DNA of 64,000 nucleotides, from positions 90,272,001 through 90,336,000 of the forward strand of contig NW_027362768.1 in NCBI RefSeq assembly GCF_046119375.1. Reading direction: 5' to 3'. Each line of letters starts with the position of its first letter. Position 1 is the stretch's first letter. Made by a program: the position numbers and the translations under genes. Below are positions 11,321-22,716 of the stretch, piece by piece. Under the pieces are notes generated by a model. The model did no database searches and had not been told where the DNA came from. It saw nothing but the letters and a program-made list of their open reading frames with translations. The stretch comes from Phyllobates terribilis (lineage: Eukaryota).

Positions 11321-13096
11321 ATGGGAGAGGTCTCTATGAATAGGAATTCCTAAGTATTTGATACCCTGTGAGGGCCAGGCAAAGGGAAAGTTGGACTGGA
11401 TGGAATCCTATATGGATTTAGGGAGGGAGACATCGAGGGCCTCAGACTTCGCTGCATTGATTTTAAAATTTTACCATGTAACAAAGTGATCTATTTCAGC
11501 CATAACAGCAGGGATGGATATATGTGATTGAGTGATATATACTAGGACATCATCAGCAAATAGAGAGCACTTGTACTCGGTGCCTCCCACCTCAATCCAC
11601 CTAATATTGGGGTTATGGCGAATTGATGAGAGCAGGTGCTCCGTCACTAGGATGTATAAGAGAGGGGACAGAGGACATCCCTGCCTTGTCCCATTGGTGA
11701 TTGTGAAAGGTGATGAAAATGTTCTGACGCACCCCCTGGGCCTTGGGACACCCGGAGCCGGACCCTTTTTGGTGGATGCTGGTGGTTGTAGTCTTCGTGG
11801 CGGCGATCCGGTTCCGTGGCTCAGGGCGGTCAAACCAGTGGCGGAACTATTTATGTGGTTTTGATGTTTAAATGTCCGACTACGCCACCCGTGGATTGCG
11901 GTCAGAGTGAACCGCCGCTACAGGGCAGACCGCTAAGGCTGGTGTTGTGGGTGCAGCAGAGCGTAGCATAACTCCCCACGGGAGGAGTATAGCCTCAGGG
12001 CAGTGTATGCGGAGGATGGGGGTGATGGTGCAGGGCAGCAGCAGTAACGACACGGAGTCAGTGATGCAGTTCAGGGCCTTTACTCACAGTTCTTATTATC
12101 CAGACCACGTCTGCAGGTAACGGCTGCCCACGTCGTACTGTGCTCACCAGGTGAGGGGCTCAGACAACTCCCAGATAACTTTGGAGCGCTTCACAGGACC
12201 CCCTTTGTGTGTCCTTTGTCTGGCCTTTCTTACCAACACTTCTGTCCGGCTGCCTCGGGCCTCCTCTTGGTAAACTTGGCGCCAGTTTCCCTGACCCTAT
12301 GTGGTGCCTTCCTAGCGGGTGGAGCAAGGGGCTGCGCCACATAAAATGTCAGAGCCTCCGGTTTCTAGCTGAGGGTCGTTTCCTGCCTCCACTAGTTCGG
12401 GGACCGGTCTCCCCCTTTGGCCTGACCCCTCCACGCAGGTGGATTCGGGCGTGCGGTGGCGACTCGCCCGTCCGCACCCCTGGGATCCCTTCATTCCTCG
12501 TTCCTGGAGCCTTCTCCGCTCCTCTTCCTTCCTTCTCCCTCTTGCAGGCCTGGGCCTCTGTTACTAGGCCCGCCTCTGGAGCAGAGCTCATGCAGAGCCC
12601 CTGCTCCCTGCCACTTCTGCTCAGACTTCTCTGCACTGAACTAAGATGGTGCCCACCTTTTATACTCCCTTCTCAATGCACCCAGGAACTGCTTCCTCCC
12701 TGCTCCTGCACTGCAGGGTTCCCCTTCCTCAGTGTTCCCTCCCCCCACTCCAGCCAGGGACAGGGACTGTCGTGCCCATCTCAGGGGCATATTGGTCGCC
12801 CTGCCCCACGGCAATGTGGTGTAATGCATGCAGGTGTCGGGTCCTGATCCACACTCCATCCTTATCTGAGAGTGAGATATCACACCTCTGGGTGAGGTGC
12901 AATACGTCTGTAGCAACCGAGCCCTCGGTGCTACAGTTCCATTTATCTTCAGCCTAGGTGACGTATTGTGATACAGGGCCGTGATTTTGGCTATAAAAGG
13001 GTCCCCTAGACCCCTACCCCAAGCTTTTTAAGAGAATCATATATGGCGTGCCAGGAGACTCTATGGAATGCTTTCTCAGCATCCAACGAGAGTATC
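11269..13096 (-). mobile_element. Internal L1/Tx1-type RT fragment (~0.6 kb net), split by solo LTR B
   Basis: Minus-strand translation gives LSLDAEKAFHRVSW, TRQGCPLSPLLY, LFADDVLVY and IKYLGI. There is no poly(A) tail. Confidence 0.85.
11725..12935 (-). mobile_element. Gypsy-family solo LTR B
   Basis: Reverse-oriented homolog of LTR A and C. 4-bp TSD GTTC (11721-11724 and 12936-12939). The L1 reading frame rejoins across it. Confidence 0.9.
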
Positions 13097-13315
13097 TACT
13101 TACAAATTTTTAACTGCATCTAGCCCAGGAAATACTTTGTGCCTAGTAGCAGTGTCTGCTAGTCAGCGGATTATCCCGGCTGTTAAGCAAGCTACACCAC
13201 CTGTAGTTTGGACACTTAATTTTTTCAAAGGAAATGCTTCGGGACCACGGGATACTTAGTGAAGAGCATCAGGAGGCACCCCAAGGCATAGGGGCTGGGA
13301 CTGGCACTAGGATGT

Positions 13316-13476
13316 CTTGCGGTGGACAGCCGAGCTCGATCCTTATAAAAGCTTTTTAACTGCAGCAGCTTTAGTGGACGCTACTGGAGCTGGAATTACG
13401 CGGCTGCTGGCATGAGACTTGCCCTCCAATAGATCCTTGTAAATGGATTTAAAGTGTATTCATTCAAATTAGAGGG
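13316..13476 (-). pseudogene. 18S rRNA fragment (530-loop region), degraded
   Basis: Matches the reverse complement of conserved 18S sequence: GCTTTTTAACTGCAGCA...GGAGCTGGAATTAC(C)GCGGCTGCTGGCA...ACTTGCCCTCCAAT...GGATTTAAAGTG. Confidence 0.85.
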
Positions 13477-14981
13477 ACAATTTAAATTAAAAAGCTTAGA
13501 GCTGCCTCCACCACAGGGGGGCTCTCTCGACCCACCAGCGGACAGGCACCAGTATTGGGAGAGGGGGGCTGGCCGTCAGGGTTCACCGCGGCTCTGGCAC
13601 AAACCCGGCGACACGGAGGTGGCACGGGCAGGAGCGGACTGGCCGTCTCGGCTTCTCACTTTTTGGATTTTAGAAGGGCATGACATGCCTATATCTGTGT
13701 CTCCCCCTCCTTTTACTCCTCCACCTCTTTTCTTTTCGCATGACTATATGTACTTGTCACTTTTCCATGTGTTAGTTGTGTCTTCTGAGCAGTTTGTCAG
13801 CTTTTGGACACCTTTGAAGGTGTTTTCTATGTGTTTCTATGTGTTTTTGTTTGCCTGCCATTGGTTTTAACGGTGTTCGAAGGTGTTCGACGAACAGTTC
13901 GACGAACAGTTCGGCGAACACACGGGTGTTCGACGAACCGAACCGAACTCGAACACTACGGGGGTGGCTCAACACTACTCCCTTTAGCCGCATACCACAG
14001 GTGGCGTCACAAACTATATATACAAAAACTATAAATCCCCTGTAAATAAATAATCCCCTTTTGATTGACCGCCCTTGGTCACGGACCGGGTCACCGCCAC
14101 TGTGACATCTCCCCTAGCAATGACCGGCCCGGCACTGAGTACCCCACGGCCCAGGGGGCGCGACAGAGGCGATCAGCCTGTGGCACTGCTGAGGTGTTAT
14201 GGAAGCCCAGGTTGCTTTGATAGCAGCCTTCAGCTCGTCTGCATTGTTAGGTCTGGTGTCTCTCATAGATCCTCTATGGGGTTAAGGTTAGGCGAGTTTG
14301 CTCGACAGTCAAGCACAGTGATACTGTTGTTTTTAAACCAGGTATTGGTACTTTTGGCAGTGTGGTCAGGTGCCAAGTCCTGCTGGATAATGAAATTTCC
14401 ATCTCCAAAAAGCTTGTCGGCAGAGGGAAGCATGAAGTGCTTTAAAATTTCCTGGTAGACAGCTGCGCTGACTGGTATTGATAAAACACAGTGGACCTAC
14501 ACCAGCAGATGACATAGCTCCCCAAACCGTCATTGATTGTGAAAACTTCACACTAGACCTCAAGCAGCTTGGATTGTGTGCCTCTCCACTCTTCCTGCAG
14601 ACTGTGGGACCTTGATTTCCAAATAAAAATTGGAACTCTGGGACCTTGTGGAGTGTATCAATGACTGCCTTCTGGACATCTGTCAAGTGAGCAGTCTTCC
14701 CCATGAGTGTGGAGCCTGCTAAAACAGACTAAGGGACCTTTTTAAACGCTTAGAAAGCCTTTGCAGGTGTGTTTTTTTAATTATTTTAATGTACTGAGAT
14801 AATGACTTTTGTGTTTTTATTGGCTATAAGCCATAATCATCAACATTAACAGAAATAAACACTTGAAATAGATCACTCTGTTTGTAATGACTCTATATAA
14901 TATATGATTTTCACTTTTTGTATTGAAGAAGTGAAATAAATTAACTTTTTGATGATATTCTAATTTAGTGAGATGCACCTG

Positions 14982-15249
14982 TATATAGTATGATGGTCCC
15001 GACAGCAAAGTGTATAGTAAAATGGTCCCCACAGTTCTATATCTAATATGATGGTCCCCACAGCCCCATATATAGTATGATGGTCCCCACAGCCCCAAAT
15101 ATAGTGTGATGGTCCCCACAGCCCACATATATAATATGATGATCCCCACAGCCCCATATCTAGTATCATGGTCCCCACAGCCCCATTTCTAGTATGATGG
15201 TCCCCACTGCCCACATATATAGTATGATGGTTCCCACAGCCTCATATAT
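14982..15249. repeat. 29-31-bp minisatellite (same family)
   Basis: Same unit as 3725-4868. Confidence 0.9.
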
Positions 15250-16788
15250 AAGTGCGTCTCACTAAATGAGAATATCATCAAAAAGTTAATTCATTTCAGT
15301 TCTTCAATACAAAAAGTGAAACGCATATATTATATAGAGTCATTACAAACAGAGTGATCTATTTTAAGTGTTTATTTCTGTTAATGGTGATGATTATGAA
15401 AACACAAAAGTCAGTATCTCAGTAAATTAGAATACTTTATAACAACAGCTTGAAAAATGTTTTTAAAATCCAAATGTTGGCCTACTGAAATGTATGTTCA
15501 GTAAATACACTCAATACTTGGTCGGGGCTCCTTTTCATCAATTACTGCATCAATGTGGCGTGGCATGGAGGCGATCAGCCTTTGGCACTGCTGAGGTGTT
15601 ATGGAAGCCCAGGTTGCTTTAATAGCAGCCTTCAGCTCATCTCTATTGTTGGGTCTGATGTCTCTCATCTTCCTCTTAACAATACCCCATAGATTCTCTA
15701 TGGTTAAGGTCAGGCGAGTTTTCTGGCCAATCAAGCACAGTGATACTGTTGTTTTTAAACCAGGTATTGGTACTTTTGGCAGTGTGACAGGTGCCAAGTC
15801 CTGCTGGATAATGAAATTTCCATCTCCAAAAAGCTTGTCGGCAGAGGGAAGCATGAATTGCTCTAAAATGTCCTGGTAGACGGCTGTGCTGACTTTGGTC
15901 TTGATAAAACACAGTGGACCTACACCAGCAGATGACATGGCTCCCCAAACCATCACTGATTGTGGAAACTTCACACTAGACCTCAAGCAGCTTGGATTGT
16001 GGCCTCTCCACTCTTCCTCCAGACTCTGGGACCTTGATTTACAAATGAAATGCAAAATTTTCTTTCATCTGAAAACAGCACCTTGGACCACTGAGCATCA
16101 GTCCAGGTCTTTTTCTCTTTGGCCCAGGTAAGCCGCTTCTGCCATTGTCTATTGGTCCATGAGTGGCTTGACACAAGGAATGCGACACTTGTAGCCCATG
16201 TCCTGCATACGTCTGTGTGTGGTGGCTCTTGAAGCAATGACTCCAGTAGCAGTCCACTCCTTGTGAATGTCCCCCAAATTTTTTAATGGACTTTTCTTAA
16301 CAATCCTTTCAAGGCTGCGGTTATCCTGGTTGCTTGTGCGCCTTTTTCTACTACACTTTTTCCTTCCACTCAACTTTCCATTAATATGCTTGCATACAGC
16401 ACTCTGTGAACAGACAGCTTATTAAGCAATGACCTTTTGAGCCTTAACCTCCTTATGGAGTGTGTCAATGACTGCCTTCCGGACATCTGTCAAGTCAGCA
16501 GTCTTCCCCATGATCGTGGAGCCTACTGAAACTCACTAAGGGACCTTTTTAAATGCATCGGAAGCCTTTGCAGGTGTTTTTTGATAATTATTCTAATTTA
16601 CTGAGATAACGACTTTTGTGTTTTCATTGACTGTAAGCCATATTCATCAACATTAACAGAAATAAACACTTGAAATAGATCACTCTGTTTGTAATGACTC
16701 TATATAATATATGAGTTTCACTTTTTGTAATGAAGAACTGAAATCTAATAACTTGTTGATGATATTCTAATTTAGTGAGAAGCACTTG
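15250..16788 (-). mobile_element. Tc1/mariner element B (same family as A), near full length
   Basis: Same TIR as element A at both ends, with TA flanks. Confidence 0.9.
15498..16512 (-). pseudogene. Frameshifted Tc1 transposase
   Basis: Pieces in several frames: MGKTADLTDV start, WSKVLFSDE, VMVWGAMS, IQQDLAP and SPDLN. Confidence 0.85.
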
Positions 16789-18590
16789 TATAGTATGATG
16801 GTCCATACAGCCCCATATATAGTATGATGGTCGCCACTGCCTGCATATAAATTATGATGGTCCCACAGCCCACATATATTATATGATGGTCCCCACAGCC
16901 CCATATCTAGTATGATGGTCCCCACAGCCCCATATATAGTATGATGATCCCCACAGCCTCATATATATTATGATGGTCCACACAGCCCACATATATTATA
17001 TGATGGCCCCCACAGCCCCATATCTAGTATGATGGTCCCCACAGCCCCATATATAGTATGATGATCCCCACAGCCTCATATATATTATGATGGTCCCCAC
17101 AGCCCACATATATTATATGATGGTCCCCACAGCCCACATATATAGTATGATGGTCCCCACTGCTCCATATAAAGTATGATGAGCCCCACAGCCCACATAC
17201 TGTATATAGTATAATGTCCCCACAGCCCCATACATAGTATGATGGTCCCCACAGCCCATATATATAATATTATGGTCCCCGCTGCCCATATATATAGTAT
17301 GATGGTCCACACAGCCTCATGTATAGTATAATTGTCCCCATAGCCAACAAATATAGTATGAGGGTCCCCTCAGCCTACATATATACTATAATGGTCCCCA
17401 CAGCCCACATACATAGTATGATGGTCCCCACAGCCCAGATATATAGTATGATGATCCCCACTAACCACATATATAATATGATGGTCCCCACAACCCACAT
17501 ATATAGTATGATGGCCCCACTGCCCACATATATAGTATGATGGTCTCCACAGCCCCGTGTGTAGTAAAATGGTCCCCACAGCCCCATATATAGTATGATG
17601 GTTCCCACAGCCCACATATCTAGTATGATGGTCCCCACAGCCCCATATATAGTATGATGGTCCCCACAGCCTCATATATAATATGATGGTCCCCACTGCC
17701 CACATATATAGTATGATGGTCCCCAAAGCCCCATATATAATTTGATGGTCACCACTGCCTGTGTATATAATATGATGGTCCCCATGTCATGTAGTCCGGC
17801 CCCCAAGAATATTTTGGGGACCTCAGTGCTTGGGCTGTGGTTCACAGATTTCAGACTGGCGGACATCACCGGTCCTTTATTTGCTTCTGACCCTCACTAC
17901 TGAACACTGCGGTGCTTGCAATGAAGGATTACGTCCTCAAAGCCCCATATATAGTATGATGGTCCCCACTGCTTACATATATAATATGATGGTCTCCACA
18001 ACCTACATATATAGTATGATGGCCCCACTGCCCTCATATATAGTATGATGGTCCCCAAAGCCCCATATATAGTATGATAGTCGCCACTGCCTGCATATAA
18101 AATATGATGGTCCCCACAACCCACATATATAGTATGATAGCCCCACTGCCCATATATATAGTATGATGGTTCCCACAGCCTCATATATAGTATGATGGTT
18201 CCCACAGCCTCATATATAGTATGATGGTCCCCACAGCCCACATATATAGTATGATGGTCCCCACAGCCCCATATATAGTATTATGGTCCCCACAGCCCCA
18301 TATATAGTATGATGGTCCCCACAGCCCACATATATAATATGATAGTCCCCACAGCCCCATATCTAGTATGATGGTCCCTACAGCCCCATATATGGTATGA
18401 TGGTCCCCACAGCCTCATATATAATATAATGGTCCCCACAGCCCCATATCTAGTATGATGGTCCCCACAGCCCCATATATAGTATGATGGTCCCCACAGT
18501 CTCTTTATATATATAGTATGATGGTCCCCAAAGCCCCATATATAGTATGATGGTTGCCACTACCTGTATATATAATATGATGGTCCCCAC
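16789..18590. repeat. 29-31-bp minisatellite array with a unique ~155-bp spacer
   Basis: Tandem units. The spacer at ~17785-17940 recurs at ~18591-18770. Confidence 0.95.
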
Positions 18591-18839
18591 ACGCAACGTC
18601 ATGTTCTCTGGCCCCCAGGAAGATTCTGGGGACCACAGTGCTTGGGCTGTAGTTCGCAGGGTTCAGACCGGCGGATGCCAAAACGCCGGCCACTGGTCCT
18701 TTATTTGCTTCTGACCCTCACTACTCAACACTGCGGTGCTTGTAATGAAGGATTACATCCCCAGCATCAAGACGTACTTTGTTGGCGATGTCAGCGTGCT
18801 CTGCGTTCCAGTTTCGACAATGACAGCAGCAGCAGCCCC

Positions 18840-19876
18840 AACCCCCTGTGATGTATATGCCCCAGCACCTCCTGTGATGTATATGCCCTAGCTCTTCCTG
18901 TGATGTATATGCCCAGCATCTCCTATGATGGGGGGTGCATTATACTACATGGAAAGCTATATGGGTCCATTATAATATATGGGGGTCCATTATACAGTAT
19001 GCAAGAAATTTTACAGTGTGAAGGTTTGTGTGGGGTCCGTCACATGGTGTGGGGGCCATTATACTATTTGGAAGGCTAGTGCGGGCCATTATACTGGATG
19101 TAGGCCCATTATAGTGCATGGAGGGCTGTGTGTGGGTCACAGTTGGGGAATCATACTGTGTTGGGTCACAATGCTTTGCTTTGGGAGTTGAGGTAGGGCA
19201 CAGTAGGGTCATCATACTGTGCATGTGGAGAAATTAACCATGGGGATATCATACTGTGTATGGGGGGGAGACTTTTGTTTGCATAATAATTTATGGGGGC
19301 AATGAAAGAGGAATCTGGGACTTCAGCAGCAGGAAAATTACTATGTAAAGGCTGGAAAGTTGTGAGATATGCTCTTCTGTGACCCGACAATTATTATTTT
19401 TTGTTTGGGGGGGGGGGCAATTACAACTTTTGCTATGGGGCCCCATGATTTCTATGTACACCCCTGCCTGTGATGTATATGCACCAGCGTCTCCTGTGAT
19501 GAATATGCCTCAACCCCAGTGTATCCTACATGATGTATATGCTACAATCCCAGCATCTCCTGTTTAATGTATATGTTCCAGCCTCAGCATCTCCTCTGTT
19601 ATGTATATGCTGCGAGCCCAGTTTCTCCTATGTGATGTATATGCTCCAGCCCCAGAGTCTCCTATGCCATGTATATGCTGCAGCCCCAGTGCCTACTCAT
19701 CACATCCCAGCCTCAGTAAAGAGAAGCAGTTCCAGCCATCACATTAGAGGCGAGTTCATTAAATGTTTGACAAAATATAGCAGGATAAATTTCAAGTTGA
19801 TAATTTTGTACGGTCCCCAAATGATGGTATAAATATCCAAATGGCCCCTTGCAGAGAAAAAGGTTCCTCACCCCTG
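18840..19876. mobile_element. Minisatellite-bearing non-autonomous hAT-like element (right part)
   Basis: Internal CCTGTGATGTATATG repeats. Ends in AAAAAGGTTCCTCACCCCTG, the reverse complement of a CAGGGGTGGGGAACC-type hAT MITE terminus. The left end was not located. Confidence 0.4.
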
Positions 19877-19964
19877 GTCTAAGTGCTTATAAAGGATGCC
19901 AGTCATGTTATCGGTGCCATTGCCTTAATGAATTGTACTTCACTATGCTGCTGGACTTTACCTT

Positions 19965-20009
19965 ATGCTCTCTGAAGGTCTACGAATAGCAGAGAAACGC
20001 GTTGGAGTA
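19965..20009 (+). ncRNA. Degenerate hammerhead-like motif in a short Penelope-type relic
   Basis: ATGCTCT-CTGAAGG-TCT..AGA-GAAA-CGCG-TT-GGAGTA. The stems are intact but the core lacks A9. Confidence 0.3.
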
Positions 20010-20604
20010 GAAATCATGAGGGATGATTAGGAATGGAGCTAGCAATTGTAAATAAGGGATTTTAGTTAGTGCAGAATGACTATATTCTGTAGGGAAAGTA
20101 AAATAGGGGAATCAATGTGACACAAATATGAAATTACACAAGGTATAATAGTTGAATAGGAGCATCAACTGTGGATCTAGGTATTACCAATCAAGGAGTG
20201 CAAAATATTTTAGGAGGAAATTACTCTATAACTTACCAGGACAAATTACAACACTATTAGTGATATACATAAGTGGGAATCAATATTAAACCTCATGTTA
20301 CGGAATATGGTAGTAAATATAAAGGGCCATGAAAATAAATGACAGGTATTAAATTAAATACTCTGATAGTTAATAAAAGTGCACATAAATAAAAACTGAG
20401 CTCTGTCCATGTAAAATAAACATAATTTTTTATATACAAAATACAAGAGGATGTTCTATGAAATGAAATATTTTTATTTAAAGTGGTAGATTAAATTAAG
20501 AATAAAAGTTGTATTTTATTGTGAAAATATCCCTCTGTTTGGAGATTTGTAATTTGGATGAAAAAAACAAGCTAGGTCACGATTGGTTCAAAAAGCCAAA
20601 TAAC

Positions 20605-20885
20605 AGATGTTGCAGGAGCGTCATCATCAGATCACCGGTGGTGTGGCAGGAGCGGCATCATCAGGAAATGATTGGTGGCGTTGCAGGAACGGCATCTTCA
20701 GAAATTGTTTTGGTGTGGAGCCAGGTGCAGCCTCTTCACAAGTTGTTTGGTGTTTCAGGAGCAGTATCTTCAGAAGTTGTTTGGTGATATGTTAAGAAAC
20801 GCATCTTCAGTAGTTTTTGGTTCTTGTGTCAGGAGCAGCAACATTAAATGTACATTGGTGGTGTGGCAGGAGCAATATCACTGTC
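20605..20885. repeat. Degenerate 34-37-bp tandem repeats downstream of the RING gene (unit 1)
   Basis: Recurrent TGGTG...CAGGAGC(A/G)GCATC(T/A)TCAG. Confidence 0.7.
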
Positions 20886-21835
20886 ATCTGAAAATAAGCA
20901 CACAAATCTGTCAGCGGGCATTTTTGTTTTTGCTATTTAAACGAATTCTTCCCATCACATCAGGGACTAACAACTGATGTGAATTCCTTTCTTACAATTT
21001 ACAGTAGAAGATGGATGCCTATACATATTAGATAATACCAAAGAATTTATGCAGAATTTAGCAACTTTCTAATGTGACGTTTGGCCGCTGAATTCTCTCC
21101 TTGCTGGAAAAGTTGATGAAAGCAGAGTTGGATTTTACATGCCCCATTTTTGGTGCCCACTGAAAATATTTTTTAGATTACACCATAAGTTATATTAGTG
21201 AACTTATAATACTTCTATGTATCCCAATGAAAATGTAGCATTGTTAAACATTGATTTCCTGGCGATATGTTTTGTTTTTAGCCAAACACGTTGGTTTGCT
21301 TTTTACAATTGTGAATCTGTGGAGGACAATACGGACATTTTTAGAACAGTAAAGAAGAGACAACTCCCTTAATGTGTATGGCAACCTAGATTGCCTGAAA
21401 CATAATAAATATGGTGAAATCTGCAACAAGTGGACTGTAGAGAAAGATTTAAATTAGTAAAGACAAAGTTACTCATTGAGGAGACTTATAACCAGACAAT
21501 GCTTCCCAGGAAAAAGGGTGTGCAAATTATCCTCTCTCAAAAGAAAGAAAGGGAACTCTCTTATGCCACATATAGGCCTCAAAGGTCATTGTCGATTCCA
21601 GAATGAGTCTTGCCACATGACTTAGGAAAAAGGAAAATATCATAATCTGCACACAGCTGTTTCACTTCAATGGAGCTAAGCTGCAATACCAGACACAACC
21701 ATGGACAGATGGGGCGCTGCACTACAATAACTTATAAACTACCAGATTTTTTCAGATCAAAATATTTGTAGCATTTACAATATTTATACTGTTGATATGT
21801 TGTATCATATTTACAATGTATATAAGTACATGTAC

Positions 21836-22256
21836 CTAACTCTGTCTGGTGACAGGGGCTCGGCAAATAGGGCAGGTATGAGTTTGTTGAAGCCATGTGT
21901 TTATGCATCCTCTGTGAAATGCGTGCCGGCAACATAAATATCTGATGTCTCTTTGCAGGACATCCATACATATGGGGCAATTATCACACTCATTTTGTGT
22001 GTTGATGGCCGTGGTGGTGGTTTCGGGTTCTCCTCCTGTGGTGTCAGAGTTCTCTAGCTCAGTCCTGCCTGACTGGCTGTTTGTAGGAATGTCAATATTA
22101 TATTCAATATCAATGGTTAGTCTCAGATATCCAGTCGTCTCTGATGACTCGATTCTTTGATGTGCCATGTAATTGTTGTAAATTGATGCAATAAGGGGGC
22201 CAACGTCCTCGATTAGCTGTTGATCACTTGGCACAGCAGAATAGTCTGTCCTTCTC
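21836..22256 (-). CDS. RING-H2 finger protein, main coding exon (copy 1); probable small E3 ubiquitin ligase
   Basis: CPIC-x11-C-x-H-x2-H-x2-C-x10-CPIC at the C-terminus. Acceptor CTTCCAG at 22257-22263 with branch point TACTAAC at 22274-22280. In frame with the phase-2 mini-exon at 22682-22716. Confidence 0.8.
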
Positions 22257-22681
22257 CTGGAAGGTGCATCAGTGTTAGTAATGGGTCTTGAAAAAGAAAT
22301 AGCACAGATGTAATCAACCTATAACAGATCTCTATGGGACTATAACATCAACTAAATGGTACCAATGTCTGGGAAGTCTTATTGGTCCTCACCCTGAGTC
22401 AGTGAGTGTAATGTAGAGGTGTGATTTGTATGGAAATGCTATATGAAGTGTATATTGTGTATGAAACCACTGTGTCCTTTCATCCAGGATCTACATATTA
22501 TCGGGCTAGAAATGTATAGTAGACAAACTACAGTAAGAGAATGGAATAAAGCACGTGACACGTTTTACGGATGTCACAACTCTATATATAGTATACACAT
22601 TGTATTCTTATGTCTTTGATGTAGGTTGAGAATTTGGGGAGGAAGCACTTGGATGGTTGAAATTATCGGAATTTCCGAAAC

Positions 22682-22716
22682 CTGTCGCTCCTCCTGTCTC
22701 TCCTCCTAGGCGGCAT
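22682..22716 (-). CDS. Predicted first coding exon (MPPRRRDRRSD+AG) of RING gene copy 1
   Basis: ATG followed by 35 nt ending AG|GT. Splicing over a 425-nt intron gives a 151-aa ORF. The donor GTTTCG is weak. Confidence 0.5.

Larger units (their letters stand above)
6289..13977 (+). mobile_element. hAT DNA transposon 1
   Basis: TIRs TAGAGATGAGC and GCTCAACACTA. 8-bp TSD CTCCCTTT (6281-6288 and 13978-13985). Dense GTTCG/CGAAC subterminal motifs at both ends. Contains a transposase ORF. Confidence 0.95.
5211..14165 (+). mobile_element. Gypsy-family solo LTR A (~1.26 kb net), interrupted by hAT1
   Basis: TGTGGCGCCCC...GGGGCGCGACA termini. 4-bp TSD GAGG (5207-5210 and 14166-14169) rejoins the Tc1 sequence. 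Confidence 0.9.
4871..14981 (-). mobile_element. Tc1/mariner element A (internally deleted, interrupted by nested insertions)
   Basis: TIRs CA(A/G)GTGCATCTCACTAAATTAGAATATCATC at both ends with TA flanks. The remnant ORF at 14366-14704 begins MGKTAHLTDVQKAVIDTLHK and contains WGAMSSAGVGPLCFI. Confidence 0.9.

Noticed and set aside
3766-18693. Many GDHHTIY / WAVGTIILY / GPSYYI ORFs
   Set aside because: They are translations of the 29-31-bp minisatellite in shifting frames, not genes.
20605-20885. Minus-strand DDAAPATPP-like coding repeat
   Set aside because: Unit lengths of 34 and 37 nt shift the frame at every repeat and stops intervene.
21010-21400. Possible ancient Penelope RT relic (YILDNTKEFMQNLAT-like)
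   Set aside because: Only one weak motif resemblance, with no continuous frame. It needs a profile search.
22257-22300. Upstream polypyrimidine acceptor TTTCTTTTTCA(A)G for the RING exon
   Set aside because: The AG is shifted by 1 nt between copies (22287-22288 vs 54637-54638), giving different phases. The downstream CTTCCAG with TACTAAC is identical and in frame in both copies, so I preferred it. RNA data could overturn this.
22663-22716. Unspliced Arg-rich peptides MPPRRRDRRSDRFRKFR and MPRRRRERRNNRFRISGKFNL as protamine-like genes
   Set aside because: They are too short, and the resemblance is only compositional. A spliced first exon explains them better.
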